Shown piece by piece: positions 55,960-63,368 of a stretch of DNA of 63,368 nt (the stretch's first letter is position 1; each line of letters opens with the position of its first letter). A program made the translations under genes and the position numbers. This DNA comes from Candidatus Sumerlaeales bacterium. Lineage in GTDB: Bacteria > Sumerlaeota > Sumerlaeia > Sumerlaeales > Sumerlaeaceae. Below the pieces are notes generated by a model, which had not been told where the DNA came from, did no database searches, and saw only the letters and a list, made by a program, of their open reading frames with translations. The stretch covers positions 1 to 63,368 of the forward strand of contig JBBSQY010000017.1 of the NCBI GenBank assembly GCA_038243585.1, given 5' to 3'.

Positions 55960-58560
55960 ATGAACGCGCCTATAGCCACTCTCGATAATCTTGAATTTCA
56001 ATTCGCGGAAAACCCGTTGGATATTGACCTGCTGCTTGGTCTTGCCGATACGTACCTTCAAAAAGGTATTTTCAATTCTCGCTCTCGCCCGACATTTGAA
56101 AAGGCACTGATGGCGGCCCCCCGGGAGGCGCGTTATCGGGAAGCGTTGCACCTATCGGTTTTTCTAAAGCATTTGCGGCGGTTTACGATCGACTTCCCAG
56201 AGACCACAGCGATTGATCCGGATGGCCTGGCTGAAACTATTGTTCTGCTGCAAAAGTGTATTAATCAATTTCCCATTTCTGCCGATCTGTTTTTCGCTCT
56301 GGCAGATCTTCATATGTTTAAGGGTAATATACTAGCTGCCATTGGCGCTTATGAAAGCGCGGTTAAGCTGGGTCTTAATGATCTTCGTCCAATTATTCGC
56401 AGTTATGAACTTGCGTCGCGCCTTCACACGTTTCCTCCCATGGAGAGGGCTTACTTCGCCCGCCTTTATGAGCATCTAGGCCTTGAGGATGAAGCGCTTC
56501 GGGTTTATCGCGACGTGGTCGACCAGGGATTTTATGATCCTGATACTGTAAGCGCGCTGGTCCGGCTGCTGGGGCGGGCGTGTGAGACGGAAACCAACAA
56601 GAACGCCGCGAACACGCTGCGGATGGAAATTGTCGAGCTACACTTGCTGTCTGGCAATCGTAAGGCTGCGCTTCACGCATTCGAGTACATTCAGTTCCCT
56701 ATCAATCAGAACTTTAACCTGGTGAAGCGGATTGCCGCTATTCTTATTGAGATGGAAGACTACCGGCGCGCCTTTGATTGTCTGTCGCAAATTCCCGTTG
56801 ATGAAGATAACAAGGTTCTGCTGAACCAGATTGCAGGAGACCTGGAGCGCCTGGGGGAATTGGATACCGCGGGTTATCTGCTCAAGTTTATCAACGACAA
56901 CGATGTGGTGATTCGCGAAGCTAACGCCATGCGTGAAAAGGAAATGGAAATCCACACAGAACTGGCTGTGGCGGAATTAAACTACAACACGCGCCGGTTC
57001 GACACGGCCCTGGTAAGCTACGCCAAGGTGCTCCAGCTAGGCTATCGGGATGACCTTGTCCTTCTTGGGAAAATTGTGGAGATCCTTCCGCTGCTGACGG
57101 AAGACCACTTGGAAGAGTTCCACGTGATCGGGCAGCATTTTCTGGACAAACAAGACTGGTATCGCGCAATGCAGTTCTATCAGATGGCACTGGAGAGGCG
57201 ACCAGATAGCCGGGAAACCCGGGAAAAGCTTCGGCTTATTTATGATAACGTGCTGGAGCGAAATCCGAATTTGCCTGAACTGCGCCTGCGCAGCGGCGAC
57301 CTTTACCTTGAAGATGATCGTTTCGATAATTCTGTGGCCGAATATAAGCATGCGGCGCAATTTCCTGAAACAAATCTGGACGCGACCCGCCGCCTGGCAA
57401 TCGCCTATATGAAACAACATAATTTCACGTTGGCCGTGGAAGCGTTTCAAACCATGCCGGCCATTGATCTGGACTTGGAAAATCTATATGATCTGCACCT
57501 GATCATGATGGAGCGTAACCGCCTGCCGGAAGCGATGAACCTCCTGAACACCATTCGGGCAGTTGACGAGTCTTATAGGGACGTGATCGATCGCCTTGAC
57601 GTCATTCATGCGCAGTTGAATCGGGAAACTGGTTCCATAGTGAACGACCCACGCATGAGAGATTTGATCGGAGACGTTGCAGTTGGACGATACCGCTATA
57701 TAGACAAGATCGGCAGCGGCGGCATGGGGGTTGTCCACAAGGTTTTTGACCAGAAACTAAACCGCGCCGTGGCCATGAAGATTCTTCGAGAGGGCCTGGC
57801 AAATTCCAGTAAGGCCGTGGAACGTTTTTTTCGGGAGGCGCGGATTGCCGCGACTTTGAACCACCGCAACATCGTGAACATCTTCGATTACAACATTAAC
57901 CAGCAGACCCACTGCAGCTTTATCTCTATGGAGTATGTCGAGGGGCTGAACGTACGGGAAATGTTTGAGGAATATTTCGATCACCCGGAACGGCTTTTTG
58001 TAGACCGTATGAAGGAAGCGCTGTTTTATATGTCGCAAATTTGCGACGCTTTGCAGATGACGCACAGTAAAGGGATTATCCACCGTGACATCAAGCCGGA
58101 CAACCTCCTGATCAGCACCGATCACGTGGCGAAGATTACCGACTTTGGCATCGTTCATATAGAAGAGGCGACTTTCACCCCGACAGGTGCTGTTATCGGC
58201 ACGCCGCGTTATATGTCGCCGGAGCAGGTGCAGGGTACACGACTTGACGGCAGGGCCGATCTCTACAGTGCTGGAATCATCCTTTATGAATGGCTGGTGG
58301 GAATGCCACCTTTCATCACGGGCGATATCGCTTATCAGCAGGTGAATATGCCGCCTAGCCCGCCGAGGGATCAGAATCCAGACGTGCCAGAGGATGTCAA
58401 CGATCTCGTGCTGAAATGTCTGGAGAAGAACCCAGCGGACAGGTTTCAGAAGGCTATGGATCTGAAGCTGGCACTGGATACGGCTCTAAGTCGCATAGCC
58501 CCGGAGGGACTCCCCCACCTTATGCAGGCCCCGGATAGGGATGTGGATACTATATTTTAA
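55960..58560 (+). CDS. Hanks-type Ser/Thr kinase with a long N-terminal TPR region
   Basis: IGSGGMGVV, VAMK, HRDIKPDN, DFG, GTPRYMSPEQ and DLYSAG motifs; TPR-like helical repeats in roughly the first 560 aa. Confidence 0.95.
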   Translation: MNAPIATLDNLEFQFAENPLDIDLLLGLADTYLQKGIFNSRSRPTFEKALMAAPREARYREALHLSVFLKHLRRFTIDFPETTAIDPDGLAETIVLLQKCINQFPISADLFFALADLHMFKGNILAAIGAYESAVKLGLNDLRPIIRSYELASRLHTFPPMERAYFARLYEHLGLEDEALRVYRDVVDQGFYDPDTVSALVRLLGRACETETNKNAANTLRMEIVELHLLSGNRKAALHAFEYIQFPINQNFNLVKRIAAILIEMEDYRRAFDCLSQIPVDEDNKVLLNQIAGDLERLGELDTAGYLLKFINDNDVVIREANAMREKEMEIHTELAVAELNYNTRRFDTALVSYAKVLQLGYRDDLVLLGKIVEILPLLTEDHLEEFHVIGQHFLDKQDWYRAMQFYQMALERRPDSRETREKLRLIYDNVLERNPNLPELRLRSGDLYLEDDRFDNSVAEYKHAAQFPETNLDATRRLAIAYMKQHNFTLAVEAFQTMPAIDLDLENLYDLHLIMMERNRLPEAMNLLNTIRAVDESYRDVIDRLDVIHAQLNRETGSIVNDPRMRDLIGDVAVGRYRYIDKIGSGGMGVVHKVFDQKLNRAVAMKILREGLANSSKAVERFFREARIAATLNHRNIVNIFDYNINQQTHCSFISMEYVEGLNVREMFEEYFDHPERLFVDRMKEALFYMSQICDALQMTHSKGIIHRDIKPDNLLISTDHVAKITDFGIVHIEEATFTPTGAVIGTPRYMSPEQVQGTRLDGRADLYSAGIILYEWLVGMPPFITGDIAYQQVNMPPSPPRDQNPDVPEDVNDLVLKCLEKNPADRFQKAMDLKLALDTALSRIAPEGLPHLMQAPDRDVDTIF

Positions 58561-58670
58561 TGTCGGCGTCTGCGGACCAGCAGGGGGAAGCTGGCTGGAA
58601 ATTGCGGATAGCGAGTTTTACCGCGACAATGGCGAACGAAATGCTTTCCCTTTTTTATTATCCCGCGGTA

Positions 58671-58877
58671 TTACATATCTCTTAAATACCAGTTTTCCAG
58701 TTTCTTGCGGGCCCACGGGGTTTTTCGCAGGAAAGTCAGGCTTGATTTAATGCTTGGGTCGAAGTTAAAGCAGCGTATGCGGATACGCTGGCCTAGCGCG
58801 TCCCAGCCGTGGCGGTCGACCATCTCTGTGAGAATGCGTTCGAGAGTTATTCCGTGCAGTGGATCGTTTGATGTCAT
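58671..58877 (-). CDS. VF530/DUF2132-family small protein
   Basis: [10 protein letters not shown]...[22 protein letters not shown]. Confidence 0.9.
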   Translation of the reverse strand: MTSNDPLHGITLERILTEMVDRHGWDALGQRIRIRCFNFDPSIKSSLTFLRKTPWARKKLENWYLRDM

Positions 58878-58923
58878 GCGGTTAGTCCAGATGTATTATT
58901 GCGCAATTTCTCAGTTGTCGCTT

Positions 58924-60618
58924 TTACTGTAAAAGCGCAGTCACGGCTGTGACCGTCGTACCAGTATTGTCTCCACCAGGCACTACTGGCACGGGCTGTT
59001 TTTTTCCTGCACCGTACAGGACAATACCGCCGCGTTCGCTGGTTAGCTGTCCTTCAAGGATAATAGGGCGTCCATTAACAAACACGAAGTCAAAACCTTC
59101 TGCGTAGGCGTGAGGCTGCCGGAAGGTAGCCGGATCGCGCACATTCTTCAGGTCAAAAATTACAAGATCTGCCGCCATTCCCGGACGCAGGAGGCCGCGG
59201 TCCGAAATGCGCATTGTACGCGCGGGAAGGCTTGTCATTTTGCGGATGGCGTCTTCCAGGCGAAGGACGTTTAAGTCGCGCGTGTACAGGCCGAGAACGC
59301 GCGCGTTGTTTCCGTAACCTCGCGGATGAGGTACTCCCCTCCCCAACGTGCGGACGCTGCTATCAGACGCTATCATTGTGTCTGGATATCGCATGATGTT
59401 TTGGACGTCATTTTCATCCATGCTGTGGAACACCATGCTGGCGCCCCCGCTGGTCATCATATCGAGAAGAGTGTTTACCTGGGCTTCCCAGGATTCATCA
59501 TTTTTCCATAGGCGAGCGATTTCAAGCAGGCTTTTACCGTTTACGGAAGGGTCGGCGGAAAAGCTGGCAACTTTTGCGTAATCAAGATTTGGGCGTCCGC
59601 TGGTTTTATAGTTTTCCATAACTTCCGCGAGCAGGAGAGAACGGGTAGTGGGGTCCGTAAGACGCGCGTGTATTTCTTCCCTGGTGCCGGCGACGGCGTG
59701 GTCGGGCATCATGCTGCTCATGCCGGTGGACGACGCTGTGTAGGCGTATTGGTCTACGGTTACGTCCTGGCCCGCCTCGCGTGCCGCCTTAACCATTCCA
59801 AGGGTTAATGTGCTCTCGCCATGGCGTTTAGGTGAAGATATTTTGAAGTGGGAAAGGTGAACGGGAATTTTTGCCTGGGCTCCGATGGTTAGTGCTTCAT
59901 CTATGGCTTCGGTTACATGCACGCCTTCGCTGCGCATGTGGCTTACGTAGATCCCACCGCCAAGGGCAGCCTCTTCGGCAAGCGCAACAATCTCTGGAGT
60001 CTTGGAGTAAATACCCGGCGTATATATGAGGCCCGTTGAAAGGCCTATTGCCCCGTCGTCCATGGCTTTTGATACGAGCCGACGCATTTCCAGAAGTTCA
60101 GTAGTGGACGGGTCCCTGTTGGCGTTTCCCATTACCCTGCGTCGCACAGAGTTGTGACCAACTAATGAGGCAACGTTTGGCCCCAGCTGAATTTGAGTTA
60201 GGCTGGAAAGCGAATCTCCCAGTTCAACGACGCTGCCGCCGCAGTTGCCGGTCACAACAGTCGTAACCCCCATACGGATAAAGTTTTCTGCTTCCGGCTG
60301 ATTGTCAAAATCCCCTTCGCAGTGGGTATGCACATCAATAAAGCCGGGAGTGACGTAGCGATCTTTCGCGTCGATTACCAGCGGAGCCGTGGCGCCGGCA
60401 TCAAGACGACCCACGGCGGCGATACGCCCACCGGATACAGCCACGTCACCGCGATACCATGGTGCCCCTGTACCGTCAATGATGCGTGCGTTCTGAATGA
60501 TGGAATCGTAAGCGGTGGAACCGGCTGCGCTTATTGTAGTTGAGGCGAAAACGTACGTTAGTACACAGACAACAGTATAAGGATACGCTGCAGCACGAAA
60601 GGATTTGATAGGGTTCAT
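58924..60618 (-). CDS. N-acyl-D-amino-acid deacylase family amidohydrolase (exported)
   Basis: PGFIDVHTH, GVTTVVTGNCG, GLSTGLIY, HMRSE, PHPRGYG and GMAADLVIFD motifs. ATG 60618 preferred. Confidence 0.92.
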   Translation of the reverse strand: MNPIKSFRAAAYPYTVVCVLTYVFASTTISAAGSTAYDSIIQNARIIDGTGAPWYRGDVAVSGGRIAAVGRLDAGATAPLVIDAKDRYVTPGFIDVHTHCEGDFDNQPEAENFIRMGVTTVVTGNCGGSVVELGDSLSSLTQIQLGPNVASLVGHNSVRRRVMGNANRDPSTTELLEMRRLVSKAMDDGAIGLSTGLIYTPGIYSKTPEIVALAEEAALGGGIYVSHMRSEGVHVTEAIDEALTIGAQAKIPVHLSHFKISSPKRHGESTLTLGMVKAAREAGQDVTVDQYAYTASSTGMSSMMPDHAVAGTREEIHARLTDPTTRSLLLAEVMENYKTSGRPNLDYAKVASFSADPSVNGKSLLEIARLWKNDESWEAQVNTLLDMMTSGGASMVFHSMDENDVQNIMRYPDTMIASDSSVRTLGRGVPHPRGYGNNARVLGLYTRDLNVLRLEDAIRKMTSLPARTMRISDRGLLRPGMAADLVIFDLKNVRDPATFRQPHAYAEGFDFVFVNGRPIILEGQLTSERGGIVLYGAGKKQPVPVVPGGDNTGTTVTAVTALLQ

Positions 60619-60731
60619 AAGAAAAAACTGTGCGACGCCTATATCACCTTGCAACAATAATGGTTCCCAATTTACGAACTCCTGAGTTTACAGAAGCGAC
60701 ATCAACCGCAAGGAAAGCTAACAGTATCTCC

Positions 60732-61226
60732 ATGCAGCAGGTTAAAATATATACTGACGGCGCCTGCCAGGGCAATCCTGGCCCGGGCGGCTATGCAGCT
60801 GTGCTATTATGTAAAGAACACCGGCGCGAGCTTTCTGGAGGTTTTCGTAAAACAACTAATAACCGTATGGAAATGATGGCCGCCATAGCAGCCCTTTCAG
60901 CTTTAAAGACACCTTGTGAAGTTGCGGTTTTTTCTGACTCGAAATACCTGGTGGACGCAATGACAAAGAAATGGTATGTTCGGTGGAAGTCGAATGGATG
61001 GCAGACGTCGGAAAAGAAACCGGTGAAAAATTGTGACCTTTGGCGACAACTGATTGATCTTTGCTCACAACATCGCACTATATTCCTGTGGGTACGAGGT
61101 CATGCAGGAAATCAGGAGAACGAACGATGCGATGATTTGGCGGTTCGCGCATGCAAAGGCAAGGACCTGCCAGCGGATGAAGGCTTTGAAGCAGAAGGTA
61201 CAAAATCGCAAGAGTTGTTTGTGTAA
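60732..61226 (+). CDS. rnhA: Ribonuclease HI
   Basis: YTDGACQGNPGPGG, TTNNRME, DSKY and WVRGHAG..ENERCD motifs; ATG 60732. Confidence 0.97.
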   Translation: MQQVKIYTDGACQGNPGPGGYAAVLLCKEHRRELSGGFRKTTNNRMEMMAAIAALSALKTPCEVAVFSDSKYLVDAMTKKWYVRWKSNGWQTSEKKPVKNCDLWRQLIDLCSQHRTIFLWVRGHAGNQENERCDDLAVRACKGKDLPADEGFEAEGTKSQELFV

Positions 61227-61354
61227 GTTGTCGCCTGGGAATACTCCCACTAGAGAATTCCCCTCAAAATATGAGGTTGATTATGTCCATGTCTGTTATC
61301 GCAACTAATGCTACCTTATGTTATGTAATTTAAGAAAGATCACGGAATTTTACC

Positions 61355-62188
61355 ATGTCGGAACTAAAACCTGCTCCAGACAACATCGACCGCATCGTTC
61401 AAGAAGTTCTGGAGATGGGGGGAGTAAGCTTAGAAGCGTGGGACGAACTGCGTTCTACACCACAACGCGCCGAGCCGATGTGGCCTGGCGATGATGCAAT
61501 ATTCTCCAACGCCGCGGAACTTGCCCCTTATATCGACCATACTTTGTTGAAACCAGATGCGGGTGATGACGAAATCGAGCGGCTGTGCGGGGAGGCGATC
61601 CATTATGGATTCGCCTCTGTCTGTGTAAACTCCTCCCATGTGAAGACCTGTGTGGAGCTTCTTCAGGATTCTGACGTGGCGGTGTGCGGCGTGGTGGGTT
61701 TTCCGCTGGGCGCAATGGCTACGGAAATTAAGTATGCCGAAGCATCTTTTATCATCGAAAACGGTGGAACCGAAATTGACATGGTGATAAACCTTGGGAA
61801 ATTAAAAGGTGGAGACGCCGACTATATTGCGGGAGAAATTGACGCCGTGTTGGATGCGGCTGACGATAACGCGGTAAAAGTTATCATTGAAACTGGATTT
61901 CTAAGTCGGGAAGAAATCGTGTTTTCATCTGTGCTGGCCGTTGTGGCAGGAGCGCCATTTATAAAGACTTCAACGGGGTTTGGTCCCGGCGGGGCAACAG
62001 TAGGCGATGTTGCGCTGATACGACGAATTGTAGGCCCTAATGTGGGAGTAAAGGCGTCCGGCGGCATCCGGGACATGGAATCGGCGATTAAAATGATTCG
62101 CGCAGGAGCGAATCGCATTGGCACCAGTCACGGCGTAGCTATTGCTACAGGAGACTTAAAGTTGGCAGAACGCCTCGCTCCTGAATAA
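61355..62188 (+). CDS. deoC: Deoxyribose-phosphate aldolase (with an N-terminal extension)
   Basis: IDHTLLKP, VVGFPLG, EIDMVIN, KVIIET, FIKTSTGF, VKASGGIR and RIGTS motifs. Confidence 0.96.
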   Translation: MSELKPAPDNIDRIVQEVLEMGGVSLEAWDELRSTPQRAEPMWPGDDAIFSNAAELAPYIDHTLLKPDAGDDEIERLCGEAIHYGFASVCVNSSHVKTCVELLQDSDVAVCGVVGFPLGAMATEIKYAEASFIIENGGTEIDMVINLGKLKGGDADYIAGEIDAVLDAADDNAVKVIIETGFLSREEIVFSSVLAVVAGAPFIKTSTGFGPGGATVGDVALIRRIVGPNVGVKASGGIRDMESAIKMIRAGANRIGTSHGVAIATGDLKLAERLAPE

Positions 62189-62242
62189 ACCGCCGCTTCC
62201 GACCTAAACAAACCTGGTTTTCGTGGAACACCCGCGATAGCG

Positions 62243-62386
62243 AAGCAGAGGACTTAACGATTCTCTCACCCCAGGCCCTTCGGGCGCTCACGGGGTTAAA
62301 GGCGGTCAGTATTTGTGTGCGCACATGCTGACAAGGTTTCAGCCGGAGAAGAATCGTTTTTGATTCTCCTCCGGCTTTTTTATTTG
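62243..62386 (+). ncRNA. L20-leader-like cis-regulatory RNA / attenuator upstream of infC-rpmI-rplT
   Basis: AAGCAGAGG...TTCTCTCACC 5' motif; terminator AGCCGGAGAAGAATC / GATTCTCCTCCGGCT plus U-tract; AACGATTCT (62256-62264) is complementary to AGAATCGTT (62350-62358). Confidence 0.7.
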
Positions 62387-62442
62387 CGTATTCCCAACTG
62401 AGACTGCGATTTATTACGTAACAAAAGTGGAGGAAATGGCTT

Positions 62443-62952
62443 ATTAAAGATAACATCCGTGTTAACCGCGACATTCGGGCAAAGGAAGTTCGCCTGATCG
62501 GCGCAGACGGCGAACAAATTGGGCTGGTCCCAATCGCCGACGCCCTGCGTCGCGCCGAGGAAGCTGAACTGGATTTGGTTGAGGTTGCTTCCGACGCCGT
62601 TCCGCCCGTTTGCAAAATCGTAGACTACAAAAAGATCATCTACGAACAAAAGCGGCGCGCGCGCGAATCGCGGAAAAAACAAAAGACCGTCGAGGTCAAA
62701 GAAGTCAAAATGCGGCCATCCATCGACAAGCATGATTATGAAACCAAGATGAATCATGCCCGGGGATTTCTGGAAGATGGCAATAAGGTGAAGTTTACCT
62801 TTATGTACAAGGGCCGTGAAAGATCTCATCAGGATCGCGCTCAGCGTCTTCTTAAACAAATTACTGATGACCTGGACGACATTGCCGTTCAGGAATCCGT
62901 CAGCAGAGTCGGTCCGAATCTCGGTGGTGTTATCGTTAATAAGAAGCGTTAA
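62443..62952 (+). CDS. infC: Translation initiation factor IF-3, non-canonical ATT start
   Basis: GGAGG (62429-62433), then ATT at 62443, giving (M)KDNIRVNRDIRAKEVRLIGADGEQIG in frame with ORF 62575 (LVEVA...PPVCKIVDY...VKEVKMRP). Confidence 0.95.
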   Translation: MKDNIRVNRDIRAKEVRLIGADGEQIGLVPIADALRRAEEAELDLVEVASDAVPPVCKIVDYKKIIYEQKRRARESRKKQKTVEVKEVKMRPSIDKHDYETKMNHARGFLEDGNKVKFTFMYKGRERSHQDRAQRLLKQITDDLDDIAVQESVSRVGPNLGGVIVNKKR

Positions 62953-63044
62953 GCTTCAGGCTTTCCCCGCAACATCCAAGTTTCTTTAAGTTTTTATGAC
63001 AAAAGGCGAAACATTGATTCGCCGCCAGGAAGGATGAAACGGCA

Positions 63045-63242
63045 ATGCCGAAAATTAAAACAAACCGCGGCGCGGCTAAGCGTTTTTCGCTTACCGCCAA
63101 CGGCAAGGTTAAATACAAGCAGGCCTTTAAAAGCCATATTTTAACCAAAAAGTCAACCAAGCGCAAACGTGCGTTGCGCGGGACCGGGTATGTATCAGAG
63201 ACCCAGGCCGCCCAGATTAAGAGACTGATCCCTTATAAATAG
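63045..63242 (+). CDS. rpmI: 50S ribosomal protein L35
   Basis: [14 protein letters not shown]...[12 protein letters not shown]. Confidence 0.98.
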   Translation: MPKIKTNRGAAKRFSLTANGKVKYKQAFKSHILTKKSTKRKRALRGTGYVSETQAAQIKRLIPYK

Positions 63243-63348
63243 GGGGCTATAACACCGCATGATCTCATGGGATCATGCTTACCGGGTCTCTTTCGAACAG
63301 CGAGAGTACCCTTATCACCTAAAAGATATGTGACAGGAGTGACACAGT

Positions 63349-63368
63349 ATGCCACGCGCTACTAATAA
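63349..63368 (+). CDS. rplT: 50S ribosomal protein L20, first codons only
   Basis: AGGAG, then ATG CCA CGC GCT ACT AAT (MPRATN), in the canonical position after rpmI. Confidence 0.85.

Overview
Bacterial chromosomal window, about 63 kb, mostly housekeeping, signalling and secreted-protein genes. It is inferred to come from Candidatus Sumerlaeota (BRC1) or a relative. That inference rests on the prepilin signature GFTLIELLIVVAIIAILAAIAVPNFLEAQTRAK and a secreted lamin-tail protein ending in ...VSDWTIY. From left to right: (1) the 5' 3 kb of a large Ig/cadherin-repeat surface protein missed by the ORF track; (2) a 2 kb non-coding block with an 18-bp bounding direct repeat, two ~190-bp direct repeats, REP-like hairpins and an 8 x 25-bp tandem array; (3) an 11 kb heavy-metal locus with a CusA/CzcA RND pump and an unusual adaptor, exported YHS-like proteins, a gene split exactly at a G_GGA_AAG slippery heptamer, a Cys-rich/PP leader-like ORF, an ArsR regulator with a palindromic operator and a double-YHS Cu(+)-type P1B ATPase; (4) M3 peptidase, cohesin-like protein, divergent CofG-like radical SAM, hisD, pstSCA without pstB, a GT-C-like membrane protein, asd, an M16 peptidase pair, murD and a DUF4384/PEGA protein; (5) orphan His kinases, an FHA-GAF protein, a stand-alone PilT N-domain, PepV, an HD hydrolase, recR, zapB/zapA, lysS, a peroxiredoxin and an RsbU/V/W partner-switch cluster; (6) the lamin-tail protein, a pilin-like protein, a TPR-Ser/Thr kinase, D-aminoacylase, rnhA, deoC and infC (ATT start)-rpmI-rplT behind an L20-leader-like attenuator. 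No CRISPR array, integrase, transposase, rRNA or tRNA was recognised. All family calls come from motif recognition by eye; no database searches were run.
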